In this document: positions 13,541 through 26,667 of the stretch, in pieces | Position numbering within the stretch: position 1 is the first letter of the stretch | Layout of the letters: each line of letters opens with the position of its first letter | DNA from: Leucoraja ocellata | Taxonomy: Eukaryota | Length of the DNA stretch: 64,000 bases | NCBI GenBank assembly: GCA_036785375.1 | Contig: JAWMAR010001256.1 | Location: 62,001-126,000 of the forward strand | Direction: 5' to 3' | Translations under genes and position numbers: made by a program | The notes under the pieces: generated by a model | Database searches by the model: none | What the model saw: only the letters and a program-made list of their open reading frames with translations | Told to the model about the DNA's origin: nothing

Positions 13541-15720
13541 TGCAGTCTGGGATGGAGCTGTTCCCAAACCAAGCTGTGATGCATCCCGATAAATTGGCAT
13601 CAAGTTCATGGGATGATAGGGTTAATGCTGGAAAGCAGCGCTGAGGTAAAAGATGAACCAGGTTCTCATTGAGGTGCCTCCACTAATGTGCAACTCCACT
13701 CCTGGACAAAGGATACCACGTGGGAACAGCAGAGGCCCAAGTGGAGTCACAGGATTAACAAGAATGAGACAAAAAAGCAAAAGGGAATAATTAATTCTCG
13801 GAAAGCTGCGACTTTGGAGGAAAGGCTTCCAAGTTTCCATCCACTGTGACATAGCTGTGACACAACGTTGCTGTTTTCTCCTGAAGTATTATTGTGCTGG
13901 ATTGTATGTAAAACATTTCACTGAATCTAGGTGCAGTACACGTGACATTAACGTAACCACTGAACCATTGACCCAGAATAGGAAGCGTGCATTTCACACA
14001 CACTACATCCTGCTGACAGCATCATCTAACAGTTCACTGTGCACTCATTTGAGAAAGGCTCAACAACCTAGAACCAGATGGCACGACTTAACAATAAAAT
14101 GAGGTACGTTTAGAATGGAGACGAGGAGGAATTTTTTTAGTCAAAGGGTGGTGAATCTGTGGAATTCATTGCCACAGATGGCGGTGGAGGTTTACACGGT
14201 GGCGCAGCGGTAGAGTTGCTGCCTCACAGCGCTTACAGCACCAGAGACCCGGGTTCGATACCGACTACTGGTGCTTTCTGTATGGAGTTTGTATCTTCTC
14301 CCTGTGACCACATGGGCCATCCATCTGTGGTACTGGCTCAGTTTCACCCTCTCCATCCACAGGCCCTGATCTGCTGGGTGGGCCCCACCACAGCCTGTGT
14401 TGCCTTCCCACACTCACAACCCCGTCCTCACTTCTCTGCATTGTTTATGATCTCCAGCATCAGGGGCTGCTTCTTTTTCTCCAGAGATGCTGCCTGACCC
14501 GCTGAGTTACTCCAGCTTCTTGTGTCTACAACTTCTTCCCAACATCCACCAGCCTCTTGAACACGACACACGCCAACTAAACTACAAACCACACACTGTC
14601 TTGGTTGTTCCACGGATTTCAGGTGTCTGTTTTGCACGAATATTGATTTTTAAAAATGTATTTCCTTTGTTTATCTATGAGTTCTGTGTTTACAGGCTTG
14701 CTGTGCTAGATTTTTTGTTTAGTTTAGTTTAGTTTAAAGATACAGCACGGAAACAGGTCTTTCAGCCCACCGAGTCCGCATCGGCCAGCGATCCCCACAC
14801 ATTAACACTATCCTACACACACTAAAGACAATTTACATTTATACCAAACCAATTGACCTACAAACCTGTGCATCTTTGGAGTGTTGGAGGAAACCGATGA
14901 TCTAGGAGAAAACCCACACTGTCTCGGGGAGAACGTACAAACTCCATACAGACGTGTCGGGATTGAACCCGGGTCTTTGGCGCTGCAAGTGCTGTAAGAC
15001 AGCAACTCTGCCGATGCGCCACCCACAATATCATTGTTCACATTAGCTTAGTCCAATGTATTGGTGTCACACATACAGAGGTACAGTGAAAAGCTTTTGT
15101 TTGCATGCTATCCAGTCCAAGAAAAGATTATACGTAAATACAATCAAGCCATCCACAGTGCACGGATAAAGGGAACAACAATTTTGTAAATTGTCCCTGT
15201 TGTGTATGGAGTGGATGAGAAAGCCGGATAACATAGAGCTAGTATGAACGGGTGATTAAGGGTCAGTGTGGACTCAGCAGGTTGAAGGGCCTGTTTCAAT
15301 CTGTATCCCCAAACTAAACTAAATCTGATCTGTGTAGGAAGGAACTGCAGATGCTGGTATTCACTGAAGATAAACACAAAATGCTGGAGTAACTCAGAGT
15401 GACAGGCAGCATCTCTGGAGAGAAGGAATGGGTGACGTTTCAGGTCGAGACCTTTCTTCAGACTGAGTCAGGGGAGAGGGAGACCAGAGATATGGAAGGG
15501 TAAGGTGTGAAAATGACAGATCAAAGCAGATGCTGATAAGGAAATGTAGAATGGTGTATTGTTGGCTGAGGGAAAGGTGACAACGAGGCATACAATCAGG
15601 AAAATTTAATCAGGAGGAAAGTATAACTAGTCGGAGAACTAGGATGGGGGAGGGTTGGAGAGAGAGGGAACGCAATGACCCCTTGTTTATGGCAGGGATT
15701 ACTTTGGCAGAGATTACTCC

Positions 15721-15737
15721 GGCCACCAGAGGGAGCT
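15721..15737 (+). promoter_or_regulatory. Candidate CTCF site GGCCACCAGAGGGAGCT
   Basis: Close match to the CTCF core CCASYAGRKGGCRS, in non-repeat DNA. Confidence 0.5.
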
Positions 15738-17261
15738 TGAAGCCTGTTCCGCAGAAACCCACAACACAATGAATACAGCCTGCATATTTAGCATGATAAA
15801 ATTCCTAAAGTTTTCGCTGAAGTTTTATTAAACAATATTTGGAATTTTCTGATGGATTCAGGCAATGAGTCAGAGAATTGAGGAAGCACGGAGATGCAGG
15901 AAATATGCAGGATGGAGGATTTTACAAGGGCAAGGAAAGACCAGTGCAGGGAGGAAGTTCTTCACAAAGACCGTGAATTTCCAAGGAAGTTTAGCTTAAT
16001 CAGCTGGGAGAAGTTTCCTCTCCATCTCCATCTCTCTCTCACCCTCACTCTCATTCTCTATCTCTCACTCTCTCACTCCTCTCCCCCTCCTCCCCTCTCG
16101 TTTTCTCTCTGTCTCTCCCACTTCCCTCCATGCCACTATAACTGGTGTCTAGAATTGAGTACGTTAGGTGTGCAAGGTCTGAAATAGCACAAAACTAAGA
16201 GTCCTTTTTTACTGCAAAGTTCTGGGTGTAAACTAAAATATATTTAATTTGTATATTAATTTTATATAATACATTAATGTACCTATTATCTTTAATAATT
16301 CCTCAAACATGTTATGTTTAACTGAAAGGGTGTGACTTGAATAATTTCCAAACTTGGCTAGTTCGATGATGTTTTGTTGGTAGATTTGTTCGATCATTAG
16401 CACTATTAGCAACACATGTGTCGTGCAATAGAAACGTTGTTTGGGATTGTGGGATCAACAGAGAAAGTAACTGCAGCATTAATTACTTTCAATGCAATTG
16501 ACTCAGAGGATAAGATAAACAGCATGTGTAGGAAGGAACTGCAGATGCTGGTCTACACCAAAGACAGACACAAAATGCTGGAGTAACTTAGCAGAACAGG
16601 CGGCTTCTCTGGTGAGAGAAGGAATGGATCTGAAGAAGGGTCCCGACCCAAAATGGTCACACATTCCTTCTCCCCAGAGATTCTGCCTGCCCCGCAGAGT
16701 TACTCCAGCATTTTGTGTCTATCTTCAAGATAAATAACATGATTAGTTGTTGCTTGGGGAGTGTTTGAGTTAACTATTATGAAACATCAGACTCTGGGGG
16801 CTGAGGAAACCAATGCTGAGCCTAGTCTCATTCTATCCTGACTTTGTGGAACATGTACATTCCACAAGGCGTCAATGCTCAGAGATCAGGCACAGAAATC
16901 TGCTTGATTATTACCATCTGGAGCACAGTGGTATCAAGATCACTTCCTCCAGCCGAGGGCCGTTTCTGCAACACAGAATCAGGGAGGAGGATGTGACCCC
17001 ATTTTTAAAGGAAAAGTGGAGTGTGTGCGTGAAACACAAACTCAAGCGTAACTTCAGCGTAGCTTTCTTGTTCTGCAATAAATCTTGTAAATGACAGAAA
17101 TTAGATTGGCGCTCACTTCCCATTTTTAAATGTCAAATATGTGAGCTGCTGAGTATCTCGAGTGACGTTTAGTGGAGGTTGTTCTTGGGTGAGAGGGGTA
17201 GAGAGAGAGGTTGAGGAGTTGATAGATGAGGATTGTGAAGTGGAGCCACTATTGACAAAAC

Positions 17262-17469
17262 CAAGCATGGGCTCGGCGATCGTTTCGCTGAAACACCTCC
17301 GCTCAGTCCGCCTAAACCTACGTGATCTCCCGGTTGCTGAACACTCCCATTCCCACACAGACCTTTGTCCTCCATTGTCAGAGTGAGGCTCAGCACAAAT
17401 TGGAGGAACAGCACCTCATATTTAGTTTGGGCAGCTTACACCCCAGCAGTATAAATATTGACTTCTCTA
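17262..17469 (+). mobile_element. Penelope-like element fragment (GIY-YIG endonuclease C-terminus)
   Basis: LGDRFAE/HLRSVR..DLPVAEH..KLEEQHLIFSLGSLHP..NIDFS. Confidence 0.75.
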
Positions 17470-18676
17470 GTTTAGTTCATCTCCGGCCTGGATCGATCGC
17501 CTCAGCGCAGAGGGAGAACAAGGAGGGAAGACTAAGACTTTGCCTCCATCACAGTGAGGATGTGCTTGGTGAACTCACTGTGGTGGATGTTTAATTTGTG
17601 TTTATTGTATGTTTTGTTTTTATTGGTTCTGTGTACGACTGCAGGCAACATAATTTCGTTCAGACCAAAGGGTCTGAATGACAATAAAGGAATCTAATCT
17701 AATATAATCTAGTTGAGAGATACAGCACGGAAACAGGCCCTTCGGCCCACTGAGTCCGCACCGACCAGCGACCCCGCACATTAACACTACCCTACACACA
17801 CTAGGGACAATTTATACTTATACCATGCCAATTAACCTAATAAACCTGTATGTCTTTGGACAGGCAGCATCTCTGGGGTGAAGGAATGGGTGATGTTTCG
17901 AGTCAGACCTGAGTCATGGATCATTTCTAGTTAATAGAATAATAGCAGAATATGACTTTTTTTTCCCCATTACAACATAATTACGTTAAAGTTACTGCCA
18001 AACAACACAGGATGTAATGTAATTGGAATGTTTGTTATGTGAAAGCATTGTTGTTCACAAGGGGAAATCTTGGCTAAGTGCATACACCCTGCTTGAAATA
18101 TTGTTCACTGGAAGACTGCAGGACTGTAATAATGGGAAATGATTAAATCAAGGTTATTTTTTAATTTAAGCGCATTGCCAGAATGTGTTTGCTCATCCAA
18201 CATGAGATGGTTGCACAATCTGGAAAATGACCGTGTGGAATTTCCCAACTCACAAATAAATGCCTCGTGATAACTCTGCAATAAAGCACACCATATCCTC
18301 CTGCTAAACCTGCAGGTTTGTTCCATCATCAGGGAAAACGGGATTAATCTTTTCATTAAGTAAGTTTCTGTGTTTCAAGGGAAGCCAGTTTCTGAGCACT
18401 AAAATTACTTGCAGCACCTTGTGAATGAGTAAGAAAATGTTCAGCTGCAAATTAACATGGTGGCGCAGCGGTAGAGTTACTGCCTTACAGCGCCAGAGAC
18501 CCAGGTTCTATCCAGGGTGGTACCTGTATGGAGTTTGTACATTCTCCCCGTGACTGCGTGGGTTTTCTCCAGGTGCTCCGGTTTCCTTCCATACTCCATA
18601 AGACATACAGCTTTGTAAGTTAATTGGCTAGGTATAAATGTAAATTGTCCCTCGTGTGTGTCGGGTGGTGTTATAA

Positions 18677-18982
18677 AGGGCCTGTCCCACTGTACGAGGT
18701 AATACAAGAGCTCTCCCGAGTTTAAAAAAAAATCAAACTGTTGGTAAGTACGTAGAATGTACGTAGCGGGTACGTCGGAGCTCGGGACGTCTCTTAGCGG
18801 CTCGTAACGCTACCGGCAGGTACTCGAGAAACACGGTAAGCTCGTGCAGATTTTTCAATACGTTGAAAAATGTCCACGAGAGCCCCGAGTACCTACGAGC
18901 GGCTATTACCGTAATTGTCCGAGTTCGAATCAGAGGAAACTCAGGAGAACTCTTGAATTACCTTGTACAGTGGACAGGCCCT
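18677..18982. mobile_element. MITE with ~50-bp TIRs (AGGGCCTGTCCCACTGTAC...) inserted at the TTAA of a SINE
   Basis: Left AGGGCCTGTCCCACTGTACGAGGTAATACAAGAGCTCTCCCGAGTTT is inverted at the right end; host SINE GTGTTAATGTG is split. Confidence 0.85.
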
Positions 18983-21900
18983 TTAATGTGTGGGGATCGC
19001 TGGTTGGTGCAGACTAGGTGGGCAGGATGGCCTGTTTCCGCGCTGTATCTCTAAACTAACAATATAAAACTAAACTAAACTGGTGAAAATACTCATATGC
19101 TCACTGTGACTCAATGTTTTCACAGGGCTGGGGGAGGGGGAGGGGGAGGGGGAGGGGCAGGGGGGATTCCAACATTACTCAAGGTCCACTTTCAGCCATT
19201 TTTACTTTTGCTTGCTAACAATGGCACTTCACTCACAATGAGAGTTTAGTTTAGTTTATTTTTGATCTGCAGCATGGAAACAGGCCCACAGAGTCCACAC
19301 AGACTGGCGATACCCGCACACTAACACTAGAGACAATTTACATTTACACCAAGCCAATTAACCTACAAACCTGCACGTCTTTGCATTGTGAGAGGAAACT
19401 GAAGATCTCGGAGAAAATCCTGGCAGGTCACGGGGAGAACATACAAACTCCGTACAGACAGCACCCGTAGTCAGGATGGAACTCGTGTCTCTGGCGCTGC
19501 AAGGCAGCAACAATACCGCTGCGCCCCTTTTAATTTGGAAGTGTCTCTGATGGAAATTAAAATACATTGTACGTGGTCATCCCTATCCCCAGCTTTGCCA
19601 GTTATTAAAGAGTGGTTTAGTGGGGAAGTGGGTTAGTGAAAAGCCCAAAGAGTTACTGAGAACAATCCTCTGGGCCCCTGGATACTGAAGAGGTGGAGAA
19701 TAGCTGATGTGAGTGTGGATAAGGACGAGTGGAAGTGAACGCCTTGCAACAATTCCAGGAAAAAAGAGGTGTCGGCACCATCAGGCCACCAAATCCTGTT
19801 ACATAATTCCTGGAAAACCTCAGCAATCACTGGATGAGATTAACATGCCTCGCTGATTGTTCTGTTGTAAACATTTTGTGGTGATTTCTGGTGAGTGGAG
19901 TGTGGCACGTCAGGTCGGACTAAGGAAAAACACCCTGGTCCCTAGTATAATTCAGGATTTCCATTTCTGAGCAGTAAGGTGATCAATATCCTCTGGGGAG
20001 AACGAATGGGTGACGTTTCGGGTCGAGAGCCTTCTGAAGAAGGGTATCGTTTTGGATTTCTTCAGTCTGATGAGGGGTCTCGACCCGAAACATCACCCAT
20101 TCCTTCTCTCCAGAGATGCTGCCTGTCCCGCTGAGGTACTCCAGCTTTTTGTGTCTATCAGGAGTGCCATAGAGACGTGCGGGGCAAGTTTTTTTACACA
20201 GAGAGTGGTGGGGTCCAGGAACGCATTGCCAGGGGTGGTGGTGCAGGCAGATGCAATGGTGGCATTTTACGAAGCACATGTGACTGCAGGGAATAGAGGG
20301 ATATGGATCACGTACAGGCAGATGAGACCAGTTTTAACTTGGCATCATTTTTCAGCATGAAAATTGTGGGCTGCAGGGCCCATTCCTGTGCTGTAATGTT
20401 CTATGTTCCATGTTGACACCAGTTTTAAAGCCCCGGAGAATCTCTAATTCATTGCTAACCAGGAACTCTGCCAACTGAAGCTCTCCACCAGTTATTAAAT
20501 AGTACATGTTGTTTCAATTAATGAAAACTGAAGTTAAAAAGGTTAAGAACAAGAATCTGGTGCTGTCAGTTCAAAGGATGGCTCTCAATAATGTAAAATG
20601 TCAAGCTGCCTGCACCAAACATCTATCAACATGGAGGTGACTGATTGGAAATGTAGGATAGGCGATCTGGCAGCTGCTCCAGAGAAAGGAGAGGGCCAGA
20701 AGATTTGTTATTGTTCCCTCTGTTCTCATTAAATCATAAATACATGGATAGGACAGATTTGGAGGGATAGGGACCAAGTGCAGGCAGGTGGGACTAGTGT
20801 AGCTGGGATGTGTTGGCCAGTGAGGGCAAGTTGGGCCAAAGGGCCTGTTTCCACACTGTTTCACTCTATGACTATAACTCTATCATTCTGCAAGTCCTCA
20901 GAATAGTCTTCGCCTCTCTTCTTCCCCCCGATGTAATCCTCTTCTTTCCAACCCCCTTCCCCCCACTTCCTGTCCTCCGCCTGGACTTACACCCATTTCT
21001 CCCCTCCCCCTCCCTCGCATCTACATTCCTTCCTCCAGCTTCACATTTTGCAACTCTTAAATCCTTTTGTCTCTCGCCCTTCTTCATTCTGTATGTTATC
21101 GGTTTGATCAATCGAATGAGGCTGAGTGTGTTGTGTTTCCAACCCTACAGTGACTGATTACATTAAAGGAACGAGCAAATGTTGGATGCAAGGAAACGGT
21201 CAGTGTTTGGGGAAGCAACCAACACAACTGTTCAATGCGTGCCTTGACCTGAATTGTCTATTCATTTCTGCTAACTGAGATAAGTGCATCCTGTACAGAC
21301 CTCTTTATAGCATCCAGATGGTCAAACTATTAGGAACTTAATATTCCTATCCTTGATCTTTTAACATCCTTGGTATATTCTAATAATAAGCAATCATCAG
21401 TGCTAAAAATCTGATGACTGCAGACTGAATTGTTTACTTGAATAAAATGAATTTCCTTTTCAACCAACACCTTTGCCTCAGAAGGCTGTGATAAACTTTC
21501 TTGAAACCACTTCCAATGAAGTAGGAGATCGATACTTTGCACGGTACTCCAGATGTGGTCTCACCAATGCCCTCTATATCTGAAGTGCTACCTCCCTACT
21601 TTTGCATTAAATTCCCCCACCACTAAACAATAACATTCTGTTAACAGCCACGGAAGGCTGTGGAGGCCACGTCAATGGATATTTTAGTCAGAGATAGATA
21701 GATACTTGATTAGTACGGGTGTCAGAGGTTATGGGGAGAAGGCAGGAGCATGGGGTTTGCAGGGAGAAATAGATCAGCCATGATTGAATAGAGGAGTAGA
21801 CTTGATGGGTCGAATGGCCTCATTCTACTCCTATCACTTATGAGCTTATGGCCTTACTCCCTGGTGTTCTAGATGTTGACGAATCCAACATTAAAACTCT

Positions 21901-24900
21901 GCAGTTCTTCATATGAAACTCTTCACGTATATCAGCAGGTTATTCCATGGCAGAAACTATCACACTGAAACAAACTACTGTTTTTTTTATTTGACATCAA
22001 TGCAGGTAGTCAGAGAATCATAGAATCAGACAGCATGGAAACAGGGCCTTCAGCTCCACTTGCCAACCCCAACCAATGTGCCCCATCTACACCAGTCCCA
22101 CCTGTCCACGTTTGGCCCTTCCCCCTCCAAATCTCGTATCTATGTATCTGTCCAAATGTTTACAGCACTACAGCCATAGAGCTGCAGCCTCACATATTCA
22201 GGTTCAATCCCGACCTCAAATGTTGTCTGTGTGGAGTTTGCACGTTCTCCCTTGGACTGCATGGGTTTCCTCTGGATGTTCAAGTTTCCTCCAACATCCC
22301 AAAGGCTTGCAGCTTTGTAGGTTGATTGTCCTCTGTAAATTGCTCCAAGCCTAGTGTATGTATCTCTAAATGAAACTAAACTAAACATAAACATTGTCAA
22401 CAGGAATGAGGAATGGAAGATTAGCTCACGTACCGCTCGCTAAACCAGAAAGTTGAGCCCACTGCTCTGATGACTAAATATGACTGAACTTTTAACTTCC
22501 CTTAACTGCTTACTGCAGCAACTCTGTGCAGTTCATCTGCATGGTGCCATGTATGACTCAATCCCCTTAGCTAAAGAACAGTAGCTGAGCAGGGCCAAGC
22601 CATTTGTAATTGCTAAATAGAATGACTCTTGAAAATAAGATTTGAGGTGGGGATAGACACAAAAAGCTGAGGTAACTCATCGGATCAGGCACTATCTGTG
22701 GGGAAAAGGAATGGGTGGCATTTCAGCTCAAGGTCCTTCTTCAGAGAGTCAGGGGGAAGGGAAACGAGATATAGACGGTGATATAGAACAAATAATGAAA
22801 GAGATGCAAAAAAGTAACGATGATCAAGGAACCGTGGAGTCCACAATGGTCCATTGTTGGCCGTGGGCTAGATGATAGCGAGTTATACAGACAATGAAAC
22901 TCAACAGGACGACAGTGAAACTAGTACAATGACTAGAGTCACTTGCTAGTTAGACATCTGTTCTAATCATGAATCGATCAATCTGTGCCGGAAAAATACC
23001 CATTGACTTGGCCTCAAATTCCCCAGATTCACCACCCTCTGATTAAAGACCCCGTGCATATATTGACTGCTGCATTTCCTATTTCACAATGGCAATTGTT
23101 CTTCAAAATGAGATTTATTGGCAAAAGTTGCGAAATACTCGATAGAAATGCAGGTAGACACAAAACACTGGAGTAACAGCGGGACAGGCAGCATCTCTGG
23201 AGAGAAGGAATGGGTGACGTTTCAGGTCGAGACCCTTCTTCGGACTGATGTCAGGGGAGTGTGGGACAGAGATAGAATGTACTTGGAGACAGTAGGACTG
23301 GTGGGAGAAGTGGGAAGGGAGAGGGGATGGAGAGAGAGGTAAAGCAAGGGCTATTTGAAGTTAGAGAAGTCAATGTTCATACTGCTGGGGCGTAAGCAGC
23401 CCAAGCAAAGTATGAGGTTAATGGGTGACTATATAGAAAGCTATAAAATAGATAACTGATTTTACAAACTTGGTGTGCTGTTGCAAGTAAGAATGTAATT
23501 GTTCTGTTTCAATACATGTGGCAATTAAACACTCTTGACTATCTAGACAAATTAGACATTAATTAAACATTTTAATGAAAGAAGGTATTAGTACAAAATA
23601 CATTTTGAAAAAAATACAAGACCATGGCAAGTTATGGTGAACAAAAAAAGCTTTTCTTAAAATAGTTGCTAAATACTTCTTCCAGCTCATAACACAGACA
23701 AACACAAACATTACTTGAGACCCAATGCAAAGGCAAAGCACGCAGTCAAAAATGTGAAACTGACACTTATTGGTATAATATCCCAATTCTTTCTCAGAGA
23801 ATAAAAAGATACTCAAGTTTTGAAATTGGAACGTGTAGGAATGAACTGCAGATGCTGGTTTTGACTGAAGATAAGCACAAAATGCTGGAGTAACTCAGCG
23901 GATCTGGCTGCATCTCTGGAGAGAAGGAATGGGTAAAGTTTTGGGTCGAGACCCTTCTTCAGACTGATAGGGTCTCACTCTCAGTGTGAAGAAGGGTCTC
24001 GACCCAAAACGTCACCCATCCCTCCTCTTCAGAGATGCTGCCTGTCCTGTTGAGTTACTCTAGCATTTTGTGTCTACCTTCGGTGTAAACCAGCATCTGC
24101 AGTTCATTCCTACACGTTTTAATTGTGTTAATGTGTAGGAAAGACCTGCAGATGCTGGTTTAAACTGAAGAAGGGTCACGACCCGAAATGTCACCCATTC
24201 CTTCTCTCCAGAGATGCTGCCTGTCCCGCTGAGTTACTCCAGCATTTTGTGTCTACCTTTAATTCTGTTAAAGAGGGAACTGCAGATGCTGGAAAATCGA
24301 AGCTAGACAAATCAAGCATTTTTGTCTACCTTTAATTCTGTTAATGTTGTCTTTCACATGCAGAAGTCATGCTGACATTAGACTTTTATTCTGGAACTGT
24401 TGAGCTACCACCATATTCTGCATGTTAGCAGAATGAGAACTATTCTCCAGCTTTTTATGTCTATCTTTGGGAAATGGAAACCAGTTTTGATGACAATTAC
24501 AGCTCAGGAAATTGGAAACCTTGGCCTGAACTTGGTCTTCACAGCAAAGTTATGGGGTCAGGCAGGAGAGTGGCACTAACTATAAGAATAGCCAAGATCT
24601 CAGTAAATTGTTCCTATAAATTAGGAATGTCCACAGTCCAGTTGTTGGCTTTTCGTCCTATTAACGAGCAAACACATGATCAGTCTCTGCTTACAAAATA
24701 ACTGTAACTAGTCATAAAAAAGTAATTAAATGATTGTGCTGGGCATGTGAAAGGAACTGTGCAGGAAGGAACTGCAGATGCTGGTTGACACCGAAGATAG
24801 ACACAAAATGATGGCGTAACTCAGTGTTTAAGAAGGAACTGCAGATGCTGAAAAATCGAAGGTAGACAAAAGTGCTGGAGAAACTCAGCGGTTGCGGCAG

Positions 24901-25830
24901 CATCTATGGAGTGAAGGAATAGGCAACTTTTCGGGCCGAAACCCTCCTTCAGATTGAGTAACTCAGTGCGACAGTCAGCATCTCTGGAGAGAAGGAATTG
25001 GTGACATTTCGGGTTGAGGGTCTCAACCCATTCTTTCTCTCCAGAAATGCTGCCTGCCTGTCCTGCTGAGTTACTCCAGCTTTTTGTGTCTATCTTATGT
25101 GAAAGGAACTAATGTGTATGCTCCATGTGGGAGCTTTGTGTTAGGAATTCGCTGTGCATAACACTATAAAACTCCTCTGATTCTTGGCAATCAAAGTCAT
25201 TACAACAGGAAAGAAATTTAGCATCAATGGAGCTTTCAAAACACAATATTCTCAATGGATGCAAATAAAAGATGAGTAATTTTCCTTTTTCCTGACATAA
25301 AGCACAGATGCACAGGAAGAAATATTGATTTCTTTTGACAATAACACCTCGTCCCACAAGAAATGAATTTCCACATAATCATCATCAATATCTTATCTTA
25401 TAAATAACATTCTCTTTATAGCCAAGCTCTGTTGGCTAAAGTTGTTTGGTAGCTTTGATTGGCAAAGCAAATCCAGGCTGGATAAGTAGAAATAAGGAAC
25501 TGCAGATGCTGGTTTACCAAGTAAAGATACAAAACGCTGGAGTAACCCAGCAAGACAGTCAGCACTGAATGGACTTGATGGGCCAAATGGCCTAATTCTG
25601 CTCCTATTCCTTATGACCTTAAGCAGCACCTCTGGAGAACATGGATAGGTGACGGTTTGTGTCAAGATCCTTTCCTTTACTGGACTTTATCTTGCACTAA
25701 ATGTTATTGCCCTTATCCTGTACCTAGACACTGTAAATGGCTCGATTGTAAGCATGTATAGTCTATCTTCGGTGTAAACCAGCATCTGCAGTTCCTTCCT
25801 ACACATTGATTCTGATAATGTCGCCTTTCA

Positions 25831-26667
25831 TAGAAACATAGAAACATAGAAATTAGGTGCAGGAGTAGGCCATTCGGCCCTTCGAGCCTGCACCGCCATT
25901 CAATATGATCATGGCTGATCATCCAACTCAGTATCCCGTACCTGCCTTCTCTCCATACCCCCTGATCCCCTTAGCCACAAGGGCCACATCTAACTCCCTC
26001 TTAAATATAGCCAATCAACTGGCCTCAACTACCCTCTGTGGCAGAGAGTTCCAGAGATTCACCACTCTCTGTGTGAAAAAAGTTCTTCTCATCTCGGTTT
26101 TAAAGGATTTCCCCCTTATCCTTAAGCTGTGACCCCTTGTCCTGGACTTCCCTAACATCGGGAACAATCTTCCTGCATCTAGCCTGTCCAACCCCTTAAG
26201 AATTTTGTAAGTTTCTATAAGATCCCCTCTCAATCTTCTAAATTCTAGAGAGTATAAACCAAGTCTATCCAGTCTTTCTTCATAAGACAGTCCTGACATC
26301 CCAGGAATCAGTCTGGTGAACCGTCTCTGCACTCCCTCTATGGCAATAATGTCCTTCCTCAGATTTGGAGACCAAAACTGTACGCAATACTCCAGGTGTG
26401 GTCTTACCAAGACCCTGTACAACTGCAGTAGAACCTCCCTGCTCCTATACTCAAATCCTTTTGCAATGAAAGCTAACATACCATTCGCTTTCTTTACTGC
26501 CTGCTGCACCTGCATGCCTACCTTCAATGACTGGTGTACCATGACACCCAGGTCTCGCTGCATCTCCCCCTTTCCCAATCGGCCACCATTTAGATAATAG
26601 TCTGCTTTCCCGTTTTTGCCACCAAAATGGATAACCTCACATTTATCCACATTATACTGCATCTGCA
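25831..26667 (-). mobile_element. CR1-clade LINE 3' fragment (ORF2 C-terminus, 26015 to about 26667)
   Basis: [62 protein letters not shown]; (TTTCTATG)n tail; TTTCA duplicated at both flanks. Confidence 0.92.
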
